Shown: positions 48,403 to 58,239, numbered from the stretch's first letter. The stretch: 63,970 bases of DNA from Acidobacteriota bacterium (GCA_024641545.1 JAHECW010000007.1:1-63970), one strand, 5' to 3'. Numbers and translations: made by a program. Notes: generated by a model not told the origin, from the letters alone.

Positions 48403-50100
48403 GTGGGAATCAGATTCACCTCTGCATCATCATCCCGGCTCGGCGGCCGATCGACCGCCGGCAAGGGCTGCCTGACGGTCTTCTTTCTGGTCTTCCTCGT
48501 CATGGGCGCCGTCTTCACCCTCTTGATCCTCGCTGATGCGGCGCGGGTCGCGGAGGTGTGGTTCTGGCCCGAGGCGGAGTGCACCGTGCTCTCCGGCAGC
48601 GTCGAAGAAACCGGCGACGACGAGAATCCCTACACCGTCGCGGTGGTCTTCGAGTATCAGATCGACGGCCGCGCCTACCGGGGGACCAATCTCACCCGGA
48701 GTTCATCCGCAAGCTCGAGCTACGACACCGTCCGCCGCGCCGTCGATGCCTATCCACCGGGAACCCGCACCACCTGCCGGGTCGATCCGGAGAACCCCGG
48801 TGAAGCCGTCCTCGAGTGCCGGCTGCCGTGGATCGCCCTCGCGGGCTTTCTGCCCCTCATCTTCGTCGCCGTCGGCGCCGGCGGGATCTACGGCGTCTGG
48901 CGGTCCGGCGGTCGCGCCGAGAATGGCGACGTCGAGTCGATCTCACAACGGGCGAAAAACGGGCGCGGAAAGAAGATCGAACTCGGTATCGGTCTCGTCT
49001 TCGCGGCCGTCGGAGGCGGGCTGACGATCCTCCTGCTCGTCGTGCCCCTCGTCCGTCTGGCGCAGGCCTCGACCTGGGTCGAGACCCCCGCCACGGTGGT
49101 CGGATCGGTCCTGCGGTCCTGGAGCACCGACGACGGAACCTCCTACCAGGCCGATGTCCTCTACGAGTACTCGGCGGGCGGGCGGGCCTGGACCTCAAAC
49201 CGCCGCGACTTCTTTCCCTTCAGTTCGGGAGATGCCGACGGGGCAGAGGCCGTTCTCGCCCGCTACCCGGCAGGGAGCATGACCGTCTGTTTTGTCGATC
49301 CCGCGGATCCGACGCGATCGGTGCTCGATCGGAGACTCCACGCGGCCTACCTCATCGGTCTCTTTCCGCTCATCTTTCTCGTCGTCGGTGCGGCGCTGGC
49401 GACGCACGCGCTCAAGCGACCCTCGACAACGGTCCCCGCGGCGGGCTCGCCGACCCGGCCGACCGATACCCCGGACGCGCCCGGCAGCCTGGCGCCGCAG
49501 GTCGGCCCCGTGGGCAAACTGATCGGAACCATCCTGATCGCCGCGTTCTGGAACGGGATCGTCAGCGTGTTTCTCTGGCAGATCGTGCTGAGTTTCCGCC
49601 GCGACGACCCGGAGTGGTTCCTCTGCCTCTTCATGACTCCGTTCGTCCTCGTCGGTCTCGGTTTGGTGGGTGGGGTGGTCTACTACCTGCTCGCCCTGGC
49701 CAATCCGCGACCGCAGCTGACGATTTCTCCGTCATCGCCCCGCCTCGGGTCCCGACTTCGCGTCGAGTGGGCGTTCACCGGAAAGGCTGACCGCATCTCG
49801 CGACTCGAGATCGTCCTCGAGGGACACGAAAAGGCGACCTATCGACGGGGCACCGACACTCAAACCGACCGCGAGGCCTTCGCTTCGTTCGTGGTCACGG
49901 ACTCGCCGGCGAGCTGGGGGGTCGCCCGCGGCGCCGGTGAGGTCGAGATCCCGGCGGACACCATGCACAGCTTCGCCTCGGACCACAACGCAGTGGTCTG
50001 GGCGATCCACGTCCACGGCGACATTCCACGCTGGCCGGATGTCAACGAGACCTTTGAGATCGAAGTCCGGCCGCCGGCTCCGGAGCGGGTACCGGCATGA
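48403..50100 (+). CDS. Membrane protein with two DUF3592-like domains and a C-terminal beta-sandwich
   Basis: Two W..T.ATV..S..Y...V.YEY...GR..Y..YP.G....C.VDP.DP..VL modules between TM helices; FWNGIV helix pair. Confidence 0.82.
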   Translation: MGIRFTSASSSRLGGRSTAGKGCLTVFFLVFLVMGAVFTLLILADAARVAEVWFWPEAECTVLSGSVEETGDDENPYTVAVVFEYQIDGRAYRGTNLTRSSSASSSYDTVRRAVDAYPPGTRTTCRVDPENPGEAVLECRLPWIALAGFLPLIFVAVGAGGIYGVWRSGGRAENGDVESISQRAKNGRGKKIELGIGLVFAAVGGGLTILLLVVPLVRLAQASTWVETPATVVGSVLRSWSTDDGTSYQADVLYEYSAGGRAWTSNRRDFFPFSSGDADGAEAVLARYPAGSMTVCFVDPADPTRSVLDRRLHAAYLIGLFPLIFLVVGAALATHALKRPSTTVPAAGSPTRPTDTPDAPGSLAPQVGPVGKLIGTILIAAFWNGIVSVFLWQIVLSFRRDDPEWFLCLFMTPFVLVGLGLVGGVVYYLLALANPRPQLTISPSSPRLGSRLRVEWAFTGKADRISRLEIVLEGHEKATYRRGTDTQTDREAFASFVVTDSPASWGVARGAGEVEIPADTMHSFASDHNAVVWAIHVHGDIPRWPDVNETFEIEVRPPAPERVPA

Positions 50101-50519
50101 CTGAGCTGCGCATCGAGGTGGACGGCGGTCGCCACTGGTTTTCACCGGGTGCGACCCTGTCCGGACGCGTTGTCTGGCGGCTCGAGGACGACGCCGAGGC
50201 CATCGAGCTCCGGCTCTTCTGGTTCACCAGCGGCAAGGGCACCGAGGATGTCGCGATCATCGACTCGGTCCGCACCGACGCCGCCGGACGAGCCGGAGAT
50301 CAGGGGTTCACCTTTCCCCTGCCCGACGGGCCTTACTCCTTCTCCGGTTCCCTCATCACCTTGACCTGGGCCCTCGAACTCGTGGCCATCCCCCACGGGA
50401 CGACCGAACGCATCGAGTTCGTCATGGCGCCGACGCCCGTCGAGGTCCGGCTCGAGAGCCTCGGCCGGGCACCGCTGGGCCACGGTTTGAACTTCAATCC
50501 GAGCCGAGACAAGCGGTGA
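50097..50519 (+). CDS. Hypothetical beta-sandwich (arrestin-N/Spo0M-like) protein
   Basis: ATGA-coupled; FSPGATLSGRVVW..IELRLFWFTSGKG..FTFPLPDGPYSFSGSLITLTWALE. Confidence 0.75.
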   Translation: MTELRIEVDGGRHWFSPGATLSGRVVWRLEDDAEAIELRLFWFTSGKGTEDVAIIDSVRTDAAGRAGDQGFTFPLPDGPYSFSGSLITLTWALELVAIPHGTTERIEFVMAPTPVEVRLESLGRAPLGHGLNFNPSRDKR

Positions 50520-51100
50520 GGCACAACCCCGGCGCAGCGCGCCCGGCCGACAACCCCTTCGCGAGCAGGCGGATCGACGGCCTCCGCTACCGGTTCCGCC
50601 GGGGCGGCATCGGCGACCTCAAAACGGATCTGGCGCGTCACGGCAACCGGGGCGCCGTGGTCGGACCGCACGGCAGCGGCAAGACCACGCTCCTCGACGC
50701 GCTCGCCGGAGAGCTCGAGGGCGAGTTCGCCCGCGTCAACCTCGGCAGCGACACCCGGCGACCGCTGTCACGGGCGCTCTCGTCGCTGCCGGCCGCAATC
50801 TGCGACGTTCACGTCGTCCTCATCGACGGCGCCGAACAGCTCGACCGCTGGGGCTGGTGGCGCCTTCACCGCCGGGTCCGCCACGCCGGCATCCTTGTCA
50901 TCACGAGCCACGCACCGGGGCGGCTGCCGACCATCCACCGCTGTACGACCGACCCGGCCCTGCTCCGGGAACTCGTGGCCGAGCTCTCCCCAGGAATGGT
51001 CGGGGACGCGGATCTCGAGGCTCTCTTCCAACGCCACGGCGGTGACATCAGGTCGTGTCTTCGGGAGCTGTACGACCGCTGGGCGGGGCGAGGGCGCTGA
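50516..51100 (+). CDS. Small P-loop NTPase (AAA-like)
   Basis: GTGA-coupled; NPF motif, Walker A GPHGSGKTT, Walker B VVLIDGAEQL. Confidence 0.85.
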   Translation: MRHNPGAARPADNPFASRRIDGLRYRFRRGGIGDLKTDLARHGNRGAVVGPHGSGKTTLLDALAGELEGEFARVNLGSDTRRPLSRALSSLPAAICDVHVVLIDGAEQLDRWGWWRLHRRVRHAGILVITSHAPGRLPTIHRCTTDPALLRELVAELSPGMVGDADLEALFQRHGGDIRSCLRELYDRWAGRGR

Positions 51101-51110
51101 AGATCTCATC

Positions 51111-51155
51111 GGGCACGGACCCGGACGGGGATACGGACTCGGACGCGGACTCGGG
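51111..51155. repeat. Degenerate GGACnC hexamer tract between convergent genes
   Basis: GGGCACGGACCCGGACGGGGATACGGACTCGGACGCGGACTCGGG. Confidence 0.65.
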
Positions 51156-51177
51156 GAAGGTGCCGCGGTTGGCGGTT

Positions 51178-51597
51178 CTATTCCTTCGGGCGATCGGCCG
51201 ACATCTGGATCATGTTGGCGCCGGCGGCGCGGGCGGTGTCGAGGACCTTCACCACGATCCCGTAATCGGCATCGCGGTCGCCCTTGAGAATCACCGCCTT
51301 GTCGGGTGCACGCTCGACCAATGCCTTCATCTGCGCCTCGAGTTCCTCTTCCGGCACGATGACATCATTGATCCATATGGTCCCGTCGGCGGCGATCTTG
51401 ACCTCCGGGGGCCGCTCTTCCTGGCCCACCCCTTCCGATTCCGCCGTCTTGGCCTCGGGCAGCTTGAGCTTGAGCCGCTCATCGGTGACGAACTGGGTCG
51501 TCACCGCATAGAAGATCAACAAGAGGAAGACGACATCGATCAGCGGCGCCATCTGGACATCGGGTCTGGTTCGCCCGCCGAGCTTGACGAGTTGCAT
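51178..51597 (-). CDS. exbD: Biopolymer transporter ExbD/TolR
   Basis: MAPLIDVVFLLLIFY, LKLPEA, ILKGDRDADYG.VVKVLD. Confidence 0.92.
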   Translation of the reverse strand: MQLVKLGGRTRPDVQMAPLIDVVFLLLIFYAVTTQFVTDERLKLKLPEAKTAESEGVGQEERPPEVKIAADGTIWINDVIVPEEELEAQMKALVERAPDKAVILKGDRDADYGIVVKVLDTARAAGANMIQMSADRPKE

Positions 51598-52250
51598 CAG
51601 GCCTCCTCGCTCTCGCCGGCGACGACGTCCGGTCGCCGCACAAGATGGAGGTAGTCCATCATCTGCGCCTCGATGTCGGCCAGAATCGCCACCGCCCGCG
51701 CCTCGAGAAAGCTGTGCGTGAAGAGCGCGGGAATCGCGATGATGAGGCCGGTCGCGGTTGTGATGAGCGCCTGCGAGATCCCGGTCGCAAGGGTGTCGTT
51801 GATCCCTGAACCACCGGTGGCGACCGCCTTGAAGATGTTGATCATGCCGAGCACCGTGCCGAGCAGCCCGAGCAGCGGTGCGCCGCCGACGATGGTCGCC
51901 AGCGCCGGCAGTCCGCGCTGCAACCCGAGCAGCTGACGGCGGCCGGTGTCGCCGAGGATTTCCTTGAGCTCGTCATACGGGGCGTATCTGTTCTCCACCA
52001 TGGTGTGGACGAGCTCGGTGAAAGGCCCCGGGTGCCGGCGGCAGTAGTCGGAGGCGGCCTTGTAGTCCCGCCCTCCGAGAAGCCCCGACAGGACGTGGAC
52101 GACCCCGGGCTCGAGGTAGTTCTGGGCCCGCAGGACCCACAACCGCTCGAGAATGATGGCCAGCGCCACCACCGAGAGCATTCCGAGGGGGTACATGACC
52201 GGACCACCGGACCTGAAGATGTCGATTCCGCTTTGCAAGAGTTCGAACAC
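51597..52250 (-). CDS. exbB: MotA/TolQ/ExbB proton channel protein
   Basis: GGPVMYPL..ILERL, APLLGLLGTVLGMI, GISQALITTATGLIIAIPA; GTG start at 52250 after GGAG. Confidence 0.9.
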   Translation of the reverse strand: MFELLQSGIDIFRSGGPVMYPLGMLSVVALAIILERLWVLRAQNYLEPGVVHVLSGLLGGRDYKAASDYCRRHPGPFTELVHTMVENRYAPYDELKEILGDTGRRQLLGLQRGLPALATIVGGAPLLGLLGTVLGMINIFKAVATGGSGINDTLATGISQALITTATGLIIAIPALFTHSFLEARAVAILADIEAQMMDYLHLVRRPDVVAGESEEA

Positions 52251-52272
52251 GGGTTTCTCCGATCGGCTGTGT

Positions 52273-53211
52273 CTATCTACGGCGATCTCGCGGGGTCGCA
52301 TTGTAAAGGAAGGTGATGGTGACACCTTCGGGACCGTTCAAGCCGAGACCCGGCGGCAGCGGCTCGAAGTTGAGGCAGTCGGCGATGGCGTCCCGGGCGG
52401 CGAAATCCATCGGCGGCTTGCCGCTCTCGTCGATGATCTGAAGGCCGGTGATCGTTCCGTCCATCTCGATGTAGTAGCGCACCTTGACGATGCCGCTCAC
52501 GCCCATCATGGCGATCGCCGGGATCCGCCAATGGCGGCGGATCTTGGCGAGCATGGACTTGGCGTAGGGGCCCCAGTCGTACCACTGGGTGTCGAAGGAC
52601 ACCGCGCCGGTATCGACCCCACCACCCTCGCGGTCAGGGTTTTCGGTGATTCCACCCTCCGAGGGCGGCAGCATCCACACGCCGGGCGGGGGCAGCGGGA
52701 TGGCGGGCTGCTGCCGTTCCGACTGCGATGGTTCACCCTCGCCCGCACCCTCGGGGCGAGCCTCCATGGGCTCACGGTCGCTCGGTTGCTCGACGGGTTC
52801 TCGATCGGGTCGGGGAGGAGGCACCTGGCGGGCGGGGAGACCGGCCGCCTGCGGCGGCGCGCCGCGATTGAACTGCTCTCCGCCCTGGGCCTGAACCAGC
52901 TGCGGCGTGTTACCCCGGCTCGACGGCCGGTCGGACCGCTCCCCCTCGCCGCCGTGCGCGCGGCGATCGAGGTCCGACATCGGCGCATCCGGTCGTTCGG
53001 GGACCTCCTCGCGCTCCTCGGCAAGATCCACGAACTCGAATTCGATGGGTTTCTGGGTGGCGACCTGATCCGGGTCGACCGCGAATATCGGCGGAACAGC
53101 CGAGTTCGACCACGCCTCCCGCATCCGCGGCACAATCAAAAAAAGCAGCAGCAGATGGACCAGCAGCGAAATGCCGATGGCTCGGCGGAAAGTACGACCT
53201 TCGTCACGCAC
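52273..53211 (-). CDS. TonB/TolA-family energy transducer
   Basis: N-terminal anchor SLLVHLLL, Pro-rich linker, C-terminal KIRRHW..DGTI..ESG..DFAARDAI..PLP. Confidence 0.88.
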   Translation of the reverse strand: MRDEGRTFRRAIGISLLVHLLLLFLIVPRMREAWSNSAVPPIFAVDPDQVATQKPIEFEFVDLAEEREEVPERPDAPMSDLDRRAHGGEGERSDRPSSRGNTPQLVQAQGGEQFNRGAPPQAAGLPARQVPPPRPDREPVEQPSDREPMEARPEGAGEGEPSQSERQQPAIPLPPPGVWMLPPSEGGITENPDREGGGVDTGAVSFDTQWYDWGPYAKSMLAKIRRHWRIPAIAMMGVSGIVKVRYYIEMDGTITGLQIIDESGKPPMDFAARDAIADCLNFEPLPPGLGLNGPEGVTITFLYNATPRDRRR

Positions 53212-53279
53212 GGTGCTACCCTAGCAAGTCTCCTGCCAATCGTCTCTTCCTCGACACGATGAGGTGCAACACGCATCCG

Positions 53280-53497
53280 GGCGTTGTCGTTCCCACCGGA
53301 ATCCGCCGCCAGCGCCGCCGGGAACGCCCTTGTGGCAGTCCGAACCGCCAGGTTGGCGTCGCGAACCCGGTATTTGAAGAACTTTTCAGCCCGGTTATCC
53401 GGTCACCGCCCACCCGGTTCGGGACGCCAAAGCTGGAATCGACGACAACGCCGCGTTGTTGATCGCAACGGTCGGTGCGCAGTCAACCAACACCGAC
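53280..53497. other. Extensively self-complementary intergenic element upstream of yceI
   Basis: GGCGTTGTCGT (53280) pairs with ACGACAACGCC (to 53452); TTGGCGTCGCGAACC pairs with GGTTCGGGACGCCAA; a further hairpin GTCGGTG..CACCGAC lies just before the RBS. Confidence 0.45.
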
Positions 53498-53510
53498 TTT
53501 GGAGGTTTCA

Positions 53511-54134
53511 ATGAAACACAACGCTCTCTTTCTTTCGATCGCCTTTCTGGCCGCGGCAGGAATCGCCGCCGCCGACACCTACACAATAGACCCGGTTCAC
53601 TCGGATGTCAGCTTCAAGGTCCGGCATCTGGTGGCAAAGACACGCGGTCAGTTCACCGAATTCGACGGCACCATCGTGGCGGATTTCGAGAACCTCGATG
53701 CGTCATCCGTCGTCTTCACCATCACGGCTGCGAGCATCGACACCAAGAACGAGGACCGCGACGCCCACCTTCGATCAGCTGACTTCTTCGATGTCGCGAC
53801 CTACCCGGAGATCACCTTCGCGAGCTCGAAGATCACGAGGTCAGGCGACCAGAGCTTCGCCGTCACCGGAACCCTGACCATCCACGGCGTCAGCAGGACC
53901 GTCACCCTGCCCGTGGACTTCCTCGGCGAGGTCGAGGACCCCTGGGGCAACACCAAGGCCGGCTTCGAGATCGAGACCACCATCGACCGCAAGGACTACG
54001 GCATCGTCTGGAACAAGGCGCTGGATGCGGGCGGGATGATTCTCGGCGACGACGTCGAGATCACCATCAACCTCGAGACCCAAAAGAAGGAGGACCAGGG
54101 TGAGGAGGCCGGGAAGCCAGGAAGTCAGCCGTGA
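53511..54134 (+). CDS. yceI: YceI-family periplasmic polyisoprenoid-binding protein
   Basis: Signal peptide; YTIDPVHS.VSFKVRHL, SIDT..RDAHLRSADFFD, GTLTIHGV, DPWG. Confidence 0.93.
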   Translation: MKHNALFLSIAFLAAAGIAAADTYTIDPVHSDVSFKVRHLVAKTRGQFTEFDGTIVADFENLDASSVVFTITAASIDTKNEDRDAHLRSADFFDVATYPEITFASSKITRSGDQSFAVTGTLTIHGVSRTVTLPVDFLGEVEDPWGNTKAGFEIETTIDRKDYGIVWNKALDAGGMILGDDVEITINLETQKKEDQGEEAGKPGSQP

Positions 54135-54190
54135 GCCGTGAGCCGTGAAAGCGGCTCACTCTTCACCTCCTCACCTTCTCACCCTTCACC
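54127..54190. repeat. Heptamer tract (AGCCGTG)3 followed by a TCAC-repeat arm
   Basis: AGCCGTGAGCCGTGAGCCGTG..CTCACTCTTCACCTCCTCACCTTCTCACCCTTCACC, abutting TATACT. Confidence 0.75.
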
Positions 54191-54202
54191 TATACTCCCG
54201 AG

Positions 54203-55561
54203 ATGGCTGACCACTCGTTCGACTACGACCTCTTCGTCATCGGCGCCGGTTCGGGCGGTGTCCGGGCGGCCCGCACGGCGGCGGCCCGCGGCGCCCGGGT
54301 CGCCGTCGCCGAAGCCGGACGGCTCGGCGGGACCTGCGTCAACGTCGGCTGTGTGCCGAAGAAGTTGATGGTCTATGCCGCCGGGTTCGCCGATGCCTTC
54401 GATGACGCGCGCGGCTTCGGCTGGGGATCCGCCAGGCCGGCATTCAGCTGGGCCGACCTCATCGCCGCCAAGGATGTCGAGATCACCCGCCTCAACGGGG
54501 TGTATCAGCGGCTGCTCGGCGGATCAGGGGTCATCATCATCGAGGGCAGAGCACATCTCGCCGATGCCCACACCGTCGTGGTCGGCGACGCGCGCTTCAC
54601 AACCGAGACGGTTCTCATCGCAACCGGCGGCCGGCCCTTTGTCCCCGATGTTCCGGGCGCCCGACTCGGCATCGTCTCGGATGCGGTCTTCTCGCTTCCC
54701 GAGCTTCCCCCGAGGGTCGCGGTCATCGGCGGCGGCTATATCGCGGTCGAGTTCGCCGGCATCATGTCCGGCCTCGGCGCCGAGGTCTCGCTCATCTACC
54801 GCGGGCCGCTCTTTCTCCGCGGCTTCGACAACGACATCCGCGCCACCCTCGCCGGCGAGATGGTCAAGAGGGGGATCGATCTCCGCTTCAACATGGAGGT
54901 CGACCGGCTCGAGCGCACGAGCGAGGGGATCCGGGTCTGCGGCCCCGCGGGAGACGAAATCGAAGCCGATCTCGTGCTCTGGGCCACCGGACGGGTTCCC
55001 AACACCGGCGACATCGGGCTCGAGAAGCTCGGCGTCGAGCTCGGAGAAAACGGCACGGTCGTGGTCGATGAGTTCTCCCAGACCAGCGTTCCGGGCATCT
55101 ACGCCATCGGCGACTGCACCGACCGCATGGCGCTGACCCCGGTCGCGATCGGCGAGGCCATGGCGCTGGTTGAAACCATCAACGGCCGGCCGACCGCGAT
55201 GGACTACAGCAATGTCCCGACCGCCGTCTTCTCCCGCCCTCAGGTAGGCACCGTCGGCTTCACCGAAGACGAAGCGCGGGCGGCCGGACACGAGGTCGTG
55301 ATCTTCCGCGCGACCTTCCGGCCAATGCTCAACACGCTGTCGGGCCGCGACGAGCACACCATGATGAAGCTCGTGGTGGACGAAACTGACGACCGGGTGC
55401 TCGGTGTCCACATGGTGGGTCCGGATGCCGGCGAGATCATCCAGGGCTTCGCCGTGGCTCTCAAGTGCGGCGCCACCAAGGCCCGGTTCGACGCCACCGT
55501 CGGGATCCACCCCACCGCCGCCGAGGAGTTCGTCACCATGCGCGAGCCGGTGGACGACTGA
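54203..55561 (+). CDS. gor: Glutathione-disulfide reductase
   Basis: DLFVIGAGSGG, GGTCVNVGCVPKKL, GGGYIAVEFA, LTPVAI, TVGIHPTAAEEFVTMR. Confidence 0.93.
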   Translation: MADHSFDYDLFVIGAGSGGVRAARTAAARGARVAVAEAGRLGGTCVNVGCVPKKLMVYAAGFADAFDDARGFGWGSARPAFSWADLIAAKDVEITRLNGVYQRLLGGSGVIIIEGRAHLADAHTVVVGDARFTTETVLIATGGRPFVPDVPGARLGIVSDAVFSLPELPPRVAVIGGGYIAVEFAGIMSGLGAEVSLIYRGPLFLRGFDNDIRATLAGEMVKRGIDLRFNMEVDRLERTSEGIRVCGPAGDEIEADLVLWATGRVPNTGDIGLEKLGVELGENGTVVVDEFSQTSVPGIYAIGDCTDRMALTPVAIGEAMALVETINGRPTAMDYSNVPTAVFSRPQVGTVGFTEDEARAAGHEVVIFRATFRPMLNTLSGRDEHTMMKLVVDETDDRVLGVHMVGPDAGEIIQGFAVALKCGATKARFDATVGIHPTAAEEFVTMREPVDD

Positions 55562-55636
55562 CACCGGAACGACCGGGTAGAACCACAGAGACACCGAGGC
55601 ACAGAGGCCTCGCACCATCGCACCGTCCCGGTTGGC

Positions 55637-58141
55637 CTACGAGCCTTCGGGCGTCCTGACCGCGACCGACTCGAGCCCCCAGATCTTGTCGGCGTACTCG
55701 AGAATGGCTCGATCCGAAGAGAAATAGCCCATCGCCGAGATGTTGAGGATCGCCTTGCGCGCCCAGGTCCGCCGGTCCTTGAACATCTCCGCCGCCCTTG
55801 CCTGGGTTTCGACGTAGGATCTGAAGTCGGCGAGAAGCATGTAGCGGTCGCCGTGCTCCATGAGCGACGACCACACACCCCGCACCGGATCGCGATCGCT
55901 GCCGACAAACTCCCCGGTCTGGAGGGCATCGAGAACCGCTGCCAGTTCGGGATCCGAGCGATAGATCTCCCATGGCTGGTAGCTGCCCGTCGTCAATCGC
56001 TCCTCGACCTGGTCCGCCGTCAGACCGAAAATGAAGATGTTGTCATCACCCACCGCATCTCTGATCTCCACGTTGGCGCCGTCGAGGGTGCCGATGGTGA
56101 GGGCGCCGTTGAGTGAGAGCTTCATGTTGCCGGTACCCGACGCCTCCATGCCGGCGGTTGAAATCTGCTCCGACAGATCGGCCGCCGGGATGATTTTCTC
56201 GGCAAGGGAAACCCGGTAGTCGGGCGGGAACACCACCCGCAGCCGGCCGCCGACATCGGGGTCGTTGTTGACCACGTCGGCGACGCCGTTGATCAGACGA
56301 ATGATGAGCTTGGCCATGTGGTAGGCCGGCGCGGCCTTGGCGCCGAAGATGAAGCTCCTGGGTACGACCTCGATCGTCGGGTCCCGCTTGATCCGCTGAT
56401 AAAGCAGGATGATGTGCATGACATTGAGCAGTTGCCGCTTGTACTCGTGCAGCCGTTTGATCTGGACATCGAAGAGCGAATCCACATCGAGGGGGACGCC
56501 GCACAGCCGCTCGAGCTCGACCGCGAGATCGCGCTTGTTGAGCCGCTTGACGGCGAGAACCTCGTCCTGGAAAGCCACGTCGTCGGCGTGCGCCTTGAGC
56601 TCGTCCAACCGGTCGAGGTCCTTGGCCCAGCCGCCGCCGATGCGGTTCGTGATCGCCACCGACAGCCGCGGATTGCAGGCCCTCAGCCAGCGCCGCGGGG
56701 TCACGCCGTTGGTGATCGCCAGAAAGCGATCCGGCCAGAGCTCGGCAAAATCTCGGACCACCCGGCTGCGGAGAAGCTCGGTGTGGAGCTTGGCGACACC
56801 GTTGACCCGAGACGATCCGACGATCGCGAGATTGGCCATCCGAAATCTCTTCTCGCCGTCTTCCTGCAGGATGGAAAGCCGACGAAGCCCATCGGCATCC
56901 GAGCCGCCGCTCGACTTGACGCCTTCCATAAACCGGCGGTTGATCTCGTAGATGATCTGAACGTGGCGCGGGATCAGCGTCTCCATGAGCGAGACCGGCC
57001 AGGTCTCCAACGCCTCGGGCAGCAGGGTGTGGTTGGTGTAATTGCAACTCGCCCGGGTCAGCTCCCAGGCTGTCGGCCACTCGATCCCAGCCTCGTCGAC
57101 GAAGAACCGCATGAGCTCGGCGATGGTGAGCGCCGGGTGGGTGTCGTTGAGCTGGAAGACCATCTTGTCCGGGAAGAGCTCCCAGGCTTCGGCGTGGCGC
57201 CGGGCGAACCGATTGACCACGTCGCGGACGCCGCAGGCCACCATGAAGTACTCCTGGGCGAGACGCAGGCTCCGGCCTGCTTCGACATCGTCGGCCGGGT
57301 AGAGGACCCGGTTGAGAGCCTCGACCCGCTCCCGCCCGGCCACGGCCTTGACGTAGTTGCCCTGTGAGAAGATGCGGAAATCGAACTCGGATGCCGCCTG
57401 AGCGTCCCACAACCGCAGGATGCCGACCGTGTTGGTTCTGAATCCCGCGACCAGGATGTCGTAGGGCACGCCGTAGATGGTGCGCCAGTCGGCCCAGGCG
57501 GGCTGGTGGCTGCCGTCGGTCCCGGGGGACCAGTCGATCCTTCCGCCGAACCTGACCGGGACCCGCAGGTCATCGCGACGGATCTCCCAGCGGAACCCTC
57601 GCTGCAGCCAGGTGTCGGCCTGCTCCACCTGCCAACCGTTCTCGAAGGACTGGCGGAACATGCCGTAGTCGTAGCGCAGGCCGTAGCCGTAGGCCGGGTA
57701 GTCGAGGGTCGCCAGCGAGTCGAGGAAGCAGGCCGCGAGACGGCCCAGACCGCCGTTGCCGAGACCAGGGTCCGGTTCCTCTTCGAGGACTGAGTCCAGG
57801 TTGAGGCCGATCAGCTGCATCGCCTCGCGAGCAACATCGAGGAGCTCGGTGGAGATCAGGTTGTTGTGCATCAGCCGCCCCAGGAGGTACTCGAGGGAAA
57901 GATAGTGGACCGTCTTCGGCCGGGCCTCGTCGTAGGTCCTCCGGGTCAGGATCTCCCGATCGATGAGTGTTTCGCGCACCGCCAACTCGAGGGCGGCGAG
58001 ATGATCCGCCGCGCGGGCGTGGCGCAGCTCGAGACCGCAGGCATACCTCAGGTAGTGGATGATCCGATCGCGAAACTCCTCAGCGGTGGGGTTCTTGATG
58101 TGTACGGCGGGCAGCATGCTCTCGGCCTCCTCCGGTCCCAT
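55637..58141 (-). CDS. glgP: Glycogen/maltodextrin phosphorylase
   Basis: GLGNGGLGRLAACF, QLNDTHP, TNGVTPRRW, KRLHEYKRQ, EASGTGNMK (PLP lysine); alternative start 58117. Confidence 0.97.
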   Translation of the reverse strand: MGPEEAESMLPAVHIKNPTAEEFRDRIIHYLRYACGLELRHARAADHLAALELAVRETLIDREILTRRTYDEARPKTVHYLSLEYLLGRLMHNNLISTELLDVAREAMQLIGLNLDSVLEEEPDPGLGNGGLGRLAACFLDSLATLDYPAYGYGLRYDYGMFRQSFENGWQVEQADTWLQRGFRWEIRRDDLRVPVRFGGRIDWSPGTDGSHQPAWADWRTIYGVPYDILVAGFRTNTVGILRLWDAQAASEFDFRIFSQGNYVKAVAGRERVEALNRVLYPADDVEAGRSLRLAQEYFMVACGVRDVVNRFARRHAEAWELFPDKMVFQLNDTHPALTIAELMRFFVDEAGIEWPTAWELTRASCNYTNHTLLPEALETWPVSLMETLIPRHVQIIYEINRRFMEGVKSSGGSDADGLRRLSILQEDGEKRFRMANLAIVGSSRVNGVAKLHTELLRSRVVRDFAELWPDRFLAITNGVTPRRWLRACNPRLSVAITNRIGGGWAKDLDRLDELKAHADDVAFQDEVLAVKRLNKRDLAVELERLCGVPLDVDSLFDVQIKRLHEYKRQLLNVMHIILLYQRIKRDPTIEVVPRSFIFGAKAAPAYHMAKLIIRLINGVADVVNNDPDVGGRLRVVFPPDYRVSLAEKIIPAADLSEQISTAGMEASGTGNMKLSLNGALTIGTLDGANVEIRDAVGDDNIFIFGLTADQVEERLTTGSYQPWEIYRSDPELAAVLDALQTGEFVGSDRDPVRGVWSSLMEHGDRYMLLADFRSYVETQARAAEMFKDRRTWARKAILNISAMGYFSSDRAILEYADKIWGLESVAVRTPEGS

Positions 58142-58239
58142 GGGGCACTGGGAACACAGTGCGGGAGACTATCACTCCCGCTCGGGAACCCGGTAACGAA
58201 TCCCAGGGGTTCCCCGGGGCGATTGGTTGAAGGTCGAGC

